Origin: Candidatus Daviesbacteria bacterium
GTDB taxonomy: Bacteria; Patescibacteriota; Microgenomatia; Daviesbacterales; UBA10151
Length of the DNA stretch: 64,000 nucleotides
Assembly (NCBI GenBank): GCA_016432425.1
Contig: CP066688.1
Location: forward strand, 642,619 to 706,618
Direction: 5' to 3'
How positions within the stretch are numbered: position 1 is the stretch's first letter; every line of letters begins with the position of its first letter. The translations under genes and the position numbers were made by a program. Under the pieces are notes generated by a model. It did no database searches and was not told where the DNA came from. It saw only the letters and a program-made list of their open reading frames with translations. Of this stretch, positions 19,139 through 28,272 are shown piece by piece.

Positions 19139-19720
19139 ATGACGATTCAAGAAAGACAAAGTGTCGGAGATAGTTTTCATTTGATGGAAGACAGAGGCTT
19201 TCAGGACTGGTTAAAATCGACAGGTATCATATTAGAGGCTAGAAATCAGTCCCCTCTGAATTTTACTAATTCATTGACTAGTCGAGAGGGGCATTTCGCA
19301 GAGATTTTGGAGATTAACCGAGGTTACCTGATTCCTCCTTATGTTCCTTTTAGGAATGACGGAGTGGATCCAAAGTATGCAGCGTTTTTAAGTTACGTTT
19401 ATGCCTCAAGATTAAGAGGAAAAATAGTGGAACCGGGAGTTATCTATACGGCTCCTGGATTTGGTTATGGAGTGGGTATAGAAAATATGAGATTAAGCAG
19501 GGGGCCTGGTCGTCTGTTATATAGGCTATGGATTCAGGGAGGTAAGTTGGTGACCTTATCCGTACTTGGGGAAGATTTATTTAATGGTCAGACAGGAGTT
19601 TATGAGAATAATTTATTACGTGTATTAGTTTATAGATTACGACAGGAGTTGAGAGGGACAAAAATTTGGGTTAAAAGTGGAGAAGGAAGCTACGGAGTTT
19701 TTTTAAATGAGGCCAATTAA
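19139..19720 (+). CDS. Protein with two tandem OmpR-type winged-helix (Trans_reg_C-like) domains
   Basis: LTSRE..SRLRGKI..IYTAPGFGY and LSRG..RLL..NLLRVLVYRLRQEL..GEGSY. Confidence 0.6.
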   Translation: MTIQERQSVGDSFHLMEDRGFQDWLKSTGIILEARNQSPLNFTNSLTSREGHFAEILEINRGYLIPPYVPFRNDGVDPKYAAFLSYVYASRLRGKIVEPGVIYTAPGFGYGVGIENMRLSRGPGRLLYRLWIQGGKLVTLSVLGEDLFNGQTGVYENNLLRVLVYRLRQELRGTKIWVKSGEGSYGVFLNEAN

Positions 19721-19731
19721 AAATAAGATAT

Positions 19732-19766
19732 CACCTGGGGGGTGTCCCAGCTTGACACCTAAGGAT
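19732..19766. repeat. Left REP-like element flanking the RAYT gene
   Basis: cacctggggggtg-N11-cacctaaggat; inverted relative to 20455-20489. Confidence 0.85.
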
Positions 19767-19786
19767 AAGTAGCTTACCATGAATTC

Positions 19787-20455
19787 ATGCCAGGTAGAAA
19801 AACTCCCCTTGTTACAGATGAGATTTATCATGTTTATAACAGAGGCATAAATAGACAGCCCACTTTTACCACTAAAAAGGAATATCAAAGAGCAATGTTG
19901 GCTCTTAAGTTTTATAAAGTTGCCAATCCACCGGTTAGATTGTCTAAATTTTTAGAATCTGATAAAGAGCGTCAGGCTGAAATTTTAAAAATGATGGATC
20001 AGGGGGAAAAATTAGTGGAGATTCTTTGTTTTTGCCTAATGCCGAATCACTTTCATTTCCTATTAAAACAGAAAAAGGAGGGTGGAATCTCGAAATTCTT
20101 AGGGAATTTCCAAAATAGTTATACCCGTTATTTTAACACTCTAAACGAAAGAGATGGTTCATTATTTTTAGACCAGTTTAAAGCCAAAAGGATAGAAACT
20201 GACGAACAACTCATTCATGTATCAAGATATATTCATTTAAATCCTTACACAGGTTTTGCAGTAAAATCCTTTAAGGAGTTAGAAAAGTATCCCTGGTCAT
20301 CATTCCCGAGTTACCTTACAGGTGATAATAGTTTTATAGAACCTGATTTAGTATTAGGAACGTTTAAAGGGGTTGGAGATTATAGAGAATTTGTTTTAGA
20401 CCAGGCTAATTATCAAAGAGAACTAAAGTTTATTGAGCATCTCCTTTTAGAATAA
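19787..20455 (+). mobile_element. REP-associated tyrosine transposase (RAYT; Y1 HUH, IS200/IS605 superfamily)
   Basis: YHVYNRG, CLMPNHFHFLL (HUH), YIHLNP, YPWSS; flanked by inverted palindromic elements. Confidence 0.9.
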
Positions 20456-20489
20456 TCCCTAGGTGCCTGCCTATGCCACCCCCCAGGTG
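20455..20489. repeat. Right REP-like element flanking the RAYT gene
   Basis: atccctaggtg-N11-caccccccaggtg. Confidence 0.85.
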
Positions 20490-20533
20490 TCAAATTAGTA
20501 AACGGAATGGTGTGCTAGAATTGGAAAGTTCAT

Positions 20534-21067
20534 ATGATAATTTTGGGGATTGATCCTGGGACTGCTACAACTGGATATGGAGTAATTAAAATTCCTGATG
20601 ATATTTTAAGCAGGGAATTTAAGTATGATATTGAACTTGTAACCTATGGTAATATCAGTACCCCAAAAGATAGATTAATGGAACAGCGGCTTTTGATGAT
20701 TCACCATGAGTTAGACAAGATAGTAGAGCGGTATAAACCAAACTTAATAGTTATTGAGATGATTTTCTTCGGCAGAAATATTCGAACAGCAATTTCTGTG
20801 GGACAGGCGAGGGGGGTAGTAATGTTATCTGCAGCCAAATTCGGTGTCCCTATTCATGAATACACTGGCCCTCAGGTTAAATTAATGGTAGCGGGTTCTG
20901 GCAGAGCAGATAAAAACCAAGTTCATGAAGGAGTGAGAAAATTTTTAGGAGTAAATGGTAAAAGACACAAAAAACTTACAGCTAACTGGAAGGGTGGACA
21001 TCTGGATGATGCTACAGATGCGCTTGCTATTGCTATAACCCATGTGCTTAAATTAGTGAATAAATAA
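20534..21067 (+). CDS. ruvC: Holliday junction resolvase
   Basis: ILGIDPG..TGYG, IE..FF, GQARG, DDATDALAIA. Confidence 0.96.
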   Translation: MIILGIDPGTATTGYGVIKIPDDILSREFKYDIELVTYGNISTPKDRLMEQRLLMIHHELDKIVERYKPNLIVIEMIFFGRNIRTAISVGQARGVVMLSAAKFGVPIHEYTGPQVKLMVAGSGRADKNQVHEGVRKFLGVNGKRHKKLTANWKGGHLDDATDALAIAITHVLKLVNK

Positions 21068-21850
21068 ATGGATTTCGATCTCAACAAAAGACAAAAAATT
21101 ATTTTGTCCTCGCTAATTTTGACCATTGGTCTAATTTCTACTCAACTGGTAGATTTTAGTTTGAGGTTTATTTTTTTAATACTCTTGGGAATTTTTTCTT
21201 ATATTCTGTCTTTGTGGGCGCTCTGGGATGGGTTAAATAAAATGAAAGCGCTAGTGCTCTTGATTTTGCCTACTTTTTATACCTTAGCCGTGGCCAGTTT
21301 TTATTTTTTACTACCCATTCGCTGGTTAACTAGGCTGCCGGTGGCTTTGTTTTTTGGTTTAAGTTTTTATTTATTGCTGCTGTCAGAAAATGTTTTCAAT
21401 GTTGCCTCAATCAGGACTATTCCGCTATACCGAGCTGCCTCCACAGCCAACTTTTTGTTTACTTTAATCGCTACTTTTTTCTTATTTAATGTGATTCATG
21501 CCTTTAATTTAGCCTTCTTTTGGAATGGGTTTTTAGTGGCTGCAGTTAGTTTTCCTCTAATTTTACAAACCCTGTGGTCAATTGAAATGGCAGATAAATT
21601 GGATTCTGAGGTTTTCTTCCATAGTTTAATTTTGAGTTTAATACTAGGGGAGTTGGGGATGGTTTTTTCTTTTTGGCCCCTTACAACTGTGATGTGGTCG
21701 TTATCTTTAGCTTCAGCTATGTATGTAATTTTAGGTTTGTTAACCCAACATTTAAGAAGCCGCTTAACTCAAAGAATTATTGAGGAATATTTATTAGTGG
21801 GAGTAGGGGTATTGTTATTTTGTTTTTTTACTACTTCCTGGTCAGGATAA
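21068..21850 (+). CDS. Polytopic membrane protein
   Basis: About 9 TM helices, NVFNVASIRTIPLYRAA loop. Confidence 0.8.
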   Translation: MDFDLNKRQKIILSSLILTIGLISTQLVDFSLRFIFLILLGIFSYILSLWALWDGLNKMKALVLLILPTFYTLAVASFYFLLPIRWLTRLPVALFFGLSFYLLLLSENVFNVASIRTIPLYRAASTANFLFTLIATFFLFNVIHAFNLAFFWNGFLVAAVSFPLILQTLWSIEMADKLDSEVFFHSLILSLILGELGMVFSFWPLTTVMWSLSLASAMYVILGLLTQHLRSRLTQRIIEEYLLVGVGVLLFCFFTTSWSG

Positions 21851-22299
21851 ACCTTTATTTTTAAGTACAAATTTATTAAATTAGTTTGTTAAGACAACAT
21901 AATTTAGAGATGGAGTAGAGGAGTCCTTAGACTTCATTCAGGACAGGCGTGAAAAATTTGAGCGAATATCGTGAAAAATCTAAATGATGTAGTGTGATAT
22001 AGTTGACAGGCACGAATGTGGAAAACTATGGGGTGTTTATTCATTTCGCTTGACATCTCCTTTCAGTAGGTAAGACTAAACCTTCTTAATTTAGAGATGA
22101 GATAAACACTCACTCTCTTAAGATGGCTGCTAAAGTTCTTACATAAGCGTGAAAAATAACCGAAGGGCCTCTAGGGAGTAGGGGCAACCTGGTTTCCAAA
22201 AGAAGCGATGGATCCTAGAAGATAAAAGCGTGTTTAAATCTCTTTTTGGTACCTGTTTGTGCGTATACTTCTCTTTATAAATGATACATTCCTATTATG

Positions 22300-22327
22300 T
22301 TGTCGCACAATGTATCTTATGCGGCGT
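22300..22327. other. Candidate dif (Xer recombination) site
   Basis: TTGTCGCACAA-TGTATC-TTATGCGGCGT; central 18 nt match E. coli dif (as recalled) at 16 positions. Confidence 0.6.
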
Positions 22328-22888
22328 CAAGGAAGAGATATTTGGGGAGGAGTGGTTCTAATTGAGGAACTAAAAGGAACAAAATTTAGCTAGATTTTTT
22401 ACACTTACTTTTGGGTACCTATTTGCTTACCTTGCCCATCAAAAATTTTTTTATTTTCACAAAATTTTTTCATGTACCACAATTCCTTGTTTGGGGCTTT
22501 GCAGAGCCCTAATATGGGATGACTACTTGTACTGCTCCTCTCCCCATCAGCCGTTTTTGGGCCATTTACGGGCTTCAACTTAATTAGGTTTACAGGATGG
22601 CTTGTCTGATCAAAAAGTACCGCTCGTACTGTAGAAACTTGCTCGCTATAGATTTGTTGAGGCACCAATATGTCTTTATAATCATTTAGTCCTCGGTAGC
22701 TCATTGGTTACTTTTGACTGCGGTGTCTTTAAATTATTTTTATAACTTTTACTTCGTTGTCGGACAATATTTTGACTAATTTAGTTAAGAGATGAAAATG
22801 ATGCTTGTGTTACCCAGTAACTTCCCTCTTTATTTAAGTTGACAAACTTACGCCTAATCCTCTAATGTAAATATATACATATATAATA

Positions 22889-23134
22889 ATGAATTCCGGC
22901 TCAATATTTACCAAAAATAACCTTATTACCCTACTCTTTTTAGCCATTTTAATTTTAGCTATTCCCCTGGCAGTTAAACTGGCCCAACAAACCCAGATTT
23001 TTAAATCTAAGGCAGGTAGCACTCCCATCCAATTTTCCGGCACCGGAGTGGATTGTGCCGGCACGAGTTGTACCACTACCAATACTAATGTAAACGTGAT
23101 TTTAAATTCCTGTTTTGAAGATAGCAGCTGCTAA
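22889..23134 (+). CDS. Small membrane-anchored/secreted protein
   Basis: TM followed by KLAQQTQIFKSKA motif shared with the next gene; 4 Cys. Confidence 0.75.
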   Translation: MNSGSIFTKNNLITLLFLAILILAIPLAVKLAQQTQIFKSKAGSTPIQFSGTGVDCAGTSCTTTNTNVNVILNSCFEDSSC

Positions 23135-23136
23135 CT

Positions 23137-25854
23137 ATGGATGAACTAAAGGTTGTCTCCAAAAAAAATATTTTTGTTTTTTTATTTTTAGCGATTGTGG
23201 CTGTAGCTATCCCTGTTTCTTTAAAACTGGCCCAAGAACAAACCCAGCTTAAATCAAAAGCAGCGGAAAAGGATTTTTCTTGCACCCTGCCAACAGTTAC
23301 CTCTTCTGCTAAAATTGGCGATTCACTGGTAGTGCGGGTGGGTGGAAGTGTCACCAACTATCCCAATAGCAGCATGAGTAAAATATTGGTTTATATTAAA
23401 GCTCCTGGTCAAAGCTTTACTGAGATAGGTTCAGTAAGTTGTTCCGGATCGACTCAAGATTGTAGTGGTTCCGTACCATGGGATACCGGTAGCCAGAATA
23501 ATGGTCCGGGTAGCTATGTTGTTGCTGAAAGGTTAATTAACACTAATGGTGGAGAAAGAAATAGCGATGGTAATGATCAATTTTGCCAGGCAAATCTTAC
23601 TTTAGCAGCCCAGTCTCAACCAGCTCCTGCTGTTCCTGCCCCTGCTCAACCTCCCCCAGCTAACCAGCCACCGATTGCAGAATGTAGCGCCGGCACAACT
23701 GATTATGCTAATTGCCGTGCTTGTGGAACAGATGGAAAATGGTTTTTAGATTATGGCCCTAAAAGTGATACTACCCAATGGTGCGCCTGCGCCAGAACCA
23801 AATCAGGTGCCTCTTTTACCACTGACCCCCAATATTCTATCTGCTCCGGTGGAGGGCCGCAAGCTGCCCTACCTGCTGATGCAGCTGAGTGCGGAGGCAT
23901 AACCTTTAAACAAAATAATCAAGAAGTTAAAGCCCCGGCTTCTTTAATGGCAGGACAAACATATGACGTAGAAATTAAAATGGATAACCGTGATTCCGGA
24001 AATTCCAACTACACCCCCACTACCTGGACTAGCGGTCAATATTTCTTAGGCTTTCCTACCAGTGGTCCTCCGCGGGATGCCGGAGTGGGTAATTTCCAAA
24101 TTAATAATGATGACGTAGCTAAAAATGATATCTGGCAAGCAAACTGGCCCGATCCTAAAAAGTTACGTTTGCCTCTTTCTGGCAGTGTCACACCCGGGAG
24201 TTCCAATACCTTTAAATTTAAAGTTACTCCCAAGACTGCTGGGGATCATACTTTTTATTGGGGTATGGTCCATGAGGGGGTGCAGTGGTTTGGCGGACAA
24301 TGTGCTTCTAATGTTAAGGTGGCCGCCTCAACCGGAGGCACAGGTGGACAACAGCCGGGCGGACAACAACCTCCATCTGGAACTTTAAAAACTAAATGCT
24401 ATGTTCTTTCCCAAGATGCGGGGGCGGTTAATAATGTGACCAGCTGCACTGATACTTTGGCCCAACCTTATACCAGTAATAACCTGCAAGTTGCTAAAAC
24501 TTTACAAAATAAAACTAAAGATGGAGACGAGAATACTTTCTATGTTAAATTTATTAGTACTGCCGGTACCCAAAGCCAGGTTTTCTCCAAAAAGATTACC
24601 TACAAGACTACTGAAGCCGGAGGTGAAACTGCCCCCACCATTACCAATGTTGACTGCCGGCAAAACCTTATTACGGTGACCGGCACTAATTTTGGCGCCC
24701 AACAAGGCAGCGGTAAATTAACAGCCAATGGGCAACAAGCGACTGTAGCCAGTTGGAACCCTACCACTATCACTGCCACCCCCCGCCAATCTTTAGAGGG
24801 AAACATTGCAGTCGAGATTAGCTTGGGAGATAAGCAAACCGTCTCCAGCCAGTGCAGCGTCAACACCACCACTGTTAACTTTACAGCTTTAAATTCCTGC
24901 CGAAGACCGGGGGATGATTTTAGCGCCACTGATGTCGAGGTAAAAATTTATGATGCGACCGAGACTAATGTGCAGGCTCAGCCTTTGGTAGAGCAAACAA
25001 TTTCTTTGAATAAATCCGGTAAACTAGCCAACTTTGCTCCCAAGCTGTTGCAAGGTAAGCAATATACTTTGCTTGTTAAAGCTCCCAATACTTTGCCTCA
25101 GGCTAAAACTTTTACCCCCACTGGTGGTACCTATAATATAGGTACACTGACCTTACCAGCCGGTGATTTACTGCCTTTAAGTTTGCCGGAAGGAGAAAAA
25201 CCTAAAATTAATAGTTTTGATGCCAATGAGCTAAAGCGTCAATGGAGATTATTAACTGATGTGACCAGCCCGGCAGATTTAAATAAAGATGAACGGATTA
25301 ATAGTATTGATTACTCTTGTCTTTTGGCAGGTTACAACAAAGAGGGAGATACCTTTACTCCGGCTACTTTACCAACTGAACAGGGATGTACCAATCCCGT
25401 TTCTTGCGAAACTACTGTGACTTTTTCTGCTAATAATACCACGCCAGCAATTGGGAAAAATGTAACTTTTCAAGGTAAATTGACTGGTTTTGATGGTCAC
25501 CCGATTCCTGGAAAAGTTATCAAAATTGTTAATGTTGATACAAATACAGTACTGGCTGACTCTACCCAATCAAATAACCAGGGAACACATAATACTGACC
25601 TAAACGGCGATTATCTGATTCTTTTGCCTATCAACAGCGCAACTGAGTTTAATGTGAGGGCCAAATTTGATGGCGATGGTTCAAATAAACCTTCTCAGAG
25701 TGAACCAATTAAAATCAATCCGAATTCCTCTTCAAGTGGAGCTTGTATCCAGGTGGTGACTCCGGCCAGAAATCCGACTACCAATGCTTGTATTAATTTC
25801 CCGACACCCTGTGATGTACCGGCTGGATGGCAAGTGGTGTCGAGTTGTAATTAG
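23137..25854 (+). CDS. Large multidomain surface protein (Ig-like, NBR1/FW-like, IPT/TIG, dockerin-like)
   Basis: N-terminal TM, Cys pairs, Pro/Gly linkers, FYWGMVHEGVQWFG, ITVTGTNFG, INSFDANEL..ADLNKDERINSIDYS. Confidence 0.8.
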   Translation: MDELKVVSKKNIFVFLFLAIVAVAIPVSLKLAQEQTQLKSKAAEKDFSCTLPTVTSSAKIGDSLVVRVGGSVTNYPNSSMSKILVYIKAPGQSFTEIGSVSCSGSTQDCSGSVPWDTGSQNNGPGSYVVAERLINTNGGERNSDGNDQFCQANLTLAAQSQPAPAVPAPAQPPPANQPPIAECSAGTTDYANCRACGTDGKWFLDYGPKSDTTQWCACARTKSGASFTTDPQYSICSGGGPQAALPADAAECGGITFKQNNQEVKAPASLMAGQTYDVEIKMDNRDSGNSNYTPTTWTSGQYFLGFPTSGPPRDAGVGNFQINNDDVAKNDIWQANWPDPKKLRLPLSGSVTPGSSNTFKFKVTPKTAGDHTFYWGMVHEGVQWFGGQCASNVKVAASTGGTGGQQPGGQQPPSGTLKTKCYVLSQDAGAVNNVTSCTDTLAQPYTSNNLQVAKTLQNKTKDGDENTFYVKFISTAGTQSQVFSKKITYKTTEAGGETAPTITNVDCRQNLITVTGTNFGAQQGSGKLTANGQQATVASWNPTTITATPRQSLEGNIAVEISLGDKQTVSSQCSVNTTTVNFTALNSCRRPGDDFSATDVEVKIYDATETNVQAQPLVEQTISLNKSGKLANFAPKLLQGKQYTLLVKAPNTLPQAKTFTPTGGTYNIGTLTLPAGDLLPLSLPEGEKPKINSFDANELKRQWRLLTDVTSPADLNKDERINSIDYSCLLAGYNKEGDTFTPATLPTEQGCTNPVSCETTVTFSANNTTPAIGKNVTFQGKLTGFDGHPIPGKVIKIVNVDTNTVLADSTQSNNQGTHNTDLNGDYLILLPINSATEFNVRAKFDGDGSNKPSQSEPIKINPNSSSSGACIQVVTPARNPTTNACINFPTPCDVPAGWQVVSSCN

Positions 25855-25872
25855 AGATGTTAAGATATAAAT

Positions 25873-26502
25873 ATGGATAACCAAAATTTAAATTTGCCTA
25901 CAATTTCTCGGTTTTCCCCAATGAAGATAGTGTTTATTTTATTGGGGTTGGTTATTGTAGGTGAGGTCATTTGGGCCATTAGTCAGCTGACTACAGTTGG
26001 TTTGCCCACCCAAACCAACAACGCTACTGTGCCTAAAAATGTAGTCACTCCTGTTTCAATTGCCCAGGTAACTTTAAGCTCAGATAAAACTTCTGTTAAG
26101 GTGGGTGACAAAATTACAGTAGCCATCAATGTTTCCGCCAATAAAGAAACTGATGGGACAGATTTGATCATTAATTTTGACCCCACTTTGTTAAATGTTG
26201 ACACTCAAAACGAGAAAAAAGTTCCGGTAGTGACCGGCCAAATCTATCCTGACTATCCGGTTAATAGTTTGGATTCAGCCAAGGGCAAGATTACTGTCTC
26301 CGGAATTGCTTCTGCCCCTGGTGGAGTGGTGACTAACGGAGTTTTCGGGACTCTAAATTTAATGGCTAAAGCCCCCGGTACAGCCAAGCTTACCTTAGAG
26401 TTTACAAAAGGATCGACAACTGATACAAATGTAATAGAGGCCGGAGTGGGCACAGATATATTAAATAGTGTTTCTGATTTAACAATTAATATTACACCAT
26501 GA
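25873..26502 (+). CDS. Membrane-anchored cohesin-domain protein
   Basis: VKVGDKITVAI..TDGTDLIINFDP..GKITVSG..GVFGTLNL. Confidence 0.8.
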   Translation: MDNQNLNLPTISRFSPMKIVFILLGLVIVGEVIWAISQLTTVGLPTQTNNATVPKNVVTPVSIAQVTLSSDKTSVKVGDKITVAINVSANKETDGTDLIINFDPTLLNVDTQNEKKVPVVTGQIYPDYPVNSLDSAKGKITVSGIASAPGGVVTNGVFGTLNLMAKAPGTAKLTLEFTKGSTTDTNVIEAGVGTDILNSVSDLTINITP

Positions 26503-27260
26503 AAATTAGAATTAAGGGATTAGTACTGTGTAGTGCGAGTTTATTGTTTTTGTTGTTACCCTTAATACTTAATTCTAATCCCATATCTCATGTTTACGCT
26601 GCTCAGGCAACTTTAAGCCTCTCCCCTGCCAGTGGTACAGTCAACCGTAGTTGCGCTTTTGCCTTGGAGGTAAATTTAGATACCGGAGGAGGCCAAACTG
26701 ATGGAACTGATGCTATTTTGCTCTACGATACTTCAGTTTTTTCTGCCACCTCGATTAATAAAGGTACTATTTACCAGGAATATCCTGGGACCGCAATAGA
26801 TGATAGCGCCGGTAGAGTCACTATCTCGGGGCTCGCTTCTGTGACCCAATCTTTTTCCGGCCAGGGCAAGCTCGCAACTGTTAATTTATTAGTCAAAGAT
26901 ACCGCCCCCACCGGCACTTCCCAAATTAAATTTGATTTTGACCCCAGCAACCCACAAAAAACTACTGACTCTAATGTGGTAGAACACACTAGCGTGGCAG
27001 AAATTTTAAGCTCAGTGACCAATGGAAATTATACTGTGGGGACTGGAACTTGTACTGGAACTGACTTAAATGGGAGTGGAGTCGGTGGAAGTAAAGGTGG
27101 AACTGGGGTGGAAACGACTCCTTCAGGACAGCTTAAAACTCTTCCTGCTGACCAGTTTAAAACCCTTCCCCCAGCTGGTAATGAAAAGCTTACTTTTACC
27201 TTAGCCATTTTAGGTTCTACCTTAACTATTCTGGGAATTCTTGGTTTAGTTTTACTGTAA
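26499..27260 (+). CDS. Secreted cohesin-domain protein with C-terminal LPPAG + TM anchor
   Basis: ATLSLSP..TDGTDAILLYD..GKLATVNL; tail LPPAGN then hydrophobic helix. Confidence 0.8.
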   Translation: MKIRIKGLVLCSASLLFLLLPLILNSNPISHVYAAQATLSLSPASGTVNRSCAFALEVNLDTGGGQTDGTDAILLYDTSVFSATSINKGTIYQEYPGTAIDDSAGRVTISGLASVTQSFSGQGKLATVNLLVKDTAPTGTSQIKFDFDPSNPQKTTDSNVVEHTSVAEILSSVTNGNYTVGTGTCTGTDLNGSGVGGSKGGTGVETTPSGQLKTLPADQFKTLPPAGNEKLTFTLAILGSTLTILGILGLVLL

Positions 27261-27280
27261 TTATTGTTTGTCGGACAATC

Positions 27281-27310
27281 TTGACCCTTCGACTTCGCTC
27301 AGGGTAAACT
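27281..27310 (+). promoter_or_regulatory. sigma70-type promoter of the xer gene with a REP hairpin as spacer
   Basis: TTGACC-cttcgacttcgctcaggg-TAAACT, 8 nt before ATG. Confidence 0.6.
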
Positions 27311-27318
27311 ATATTTAG

Positions 27319-28272
27319 ATGACTTTATCTAGTTTAATTACTGATTTTTTAGAATATTTAGAGTTGGAACGAAATACTTCTCAGTTAACCATTAAAAATT
27401 ATGACCATTATCTTAAGCGTTTCTTAAGCTTTGCCCGTTCGACAGGCTCAGGGCAGGCTGGTGATATCGATCCCAAAGAGATTGATTTAAATTTAGTCAA
27501 AAAATACCGCCTATATCTTTCCCGCTACAGTGACCCGGTCACTAAAAAATCCTTAAAACGAGTCACGCAAAATTATTTTTTAATTGCCCTGCGGGCCTTT
27601 TTGCGATTTCTCTCCCGCCAAGATATCGAGAGTTTATCAGCAGAAAAAATTGAACTGGGTGAAAGTGAAGCCCGGCCTTTGAAAGTTTTAGAAGATAGTC
27701 AGCTACAGTTAATTTTACAAGGACCGGATACCGGCAAAAAGGAAGGTTTGCGGGACCGGGCCATCTTAGAAACACTTTTCTCCACTGGTTTGCGGGTTTC
27801 GGAGCTGACTTCTTTAAACCGGGATACCATTAATTTAGAAAGGCGGGAGTTTTCTATTGTTGGTAAAGGTCAAAAAGAGCGGATTGTCTTTTTGTCGGAT
27901 GCAGCAACAGTGTGGCTGGAAAAATATTTGAGTGCCCGCAAAGACAGCTTTAAACCCCTGTTTATCCGTTTTCAGGGAAGAGTGGAAGTAGCAGATAGTG
28001 GTGAGGCAATGAGGCTGTCGGCCCGCTCTGTAGAGCGGATTGTGGAAAAATATGTTAAAGCGGCCGGGTTGCCTGTCAAGGCCACCCCCCATACTCTCCG
28101 TCACAGCTTTGCTACCGATTTGTTAATTAATGGGGCTGATATTCGCTCAGTGCAGGAGATGCTGGGACACTCTTCTATCCAAACTACCCAAATTTATACC
28201 CATGTAACTAATAAACATCTCAAAGATGTCCACAAAGCTTTTCACTCAGGGAACAAGGATTCGGATCAATGA
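27319..28272 (+). CDS. XerC/XerD-family tyrosine recombinase
   Basis: RDRAILETLFSTGLRVSEL, GKGQKER, HTLRHSFAT, LGHSSIQTTQIYTHV. Confidence 0.95.
   Translation: MTLSSLITDFLEYLELERNTSQLTIKNYDHYLKRFLSFARSTGSGQAGDIDPKEIDLNLVKKYRLYLSRYSDPVTKKSLKRVTQNYFLIALRAFLRFLSRQDIESLSAEKIELGESEARPLKVLEDSQLQLILQGPDTGKKEGLRDRAILETLFSTGLRVSELTSLNRDTINLERREFSIVGKGQKERIVFLSDAATVWLEKYLSARKDSFKPLFIRFQGRVEVADSGEAMRLSARSVERIVEKYVKAAGLPVKATPHTLRHSFATDLLINGADIRSVQEMLGHSSIQTTQIYTHVTNKHLKDVHKAFHSGNKDSDQ

Noticed and set aside
22405-22704. 99-aa minus-strand ORF
   Set aside because: No motif or clear expression signals; cannot be supported as a gene from sequence alone
21851-22888. Replication origin (oriC)
   Set aside because: Only one clear DnaA-box match (TGTGGAAAA, 22017-22025), no dnaA or dnaN nearby, and a dif-like site fits a terminus better; not excluded without GC skew
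27319-28272. Prophage or ICE integrase
   Set aside because: The sequence has housekeeping XerC/D features and there are no phage or conjugation genes around it
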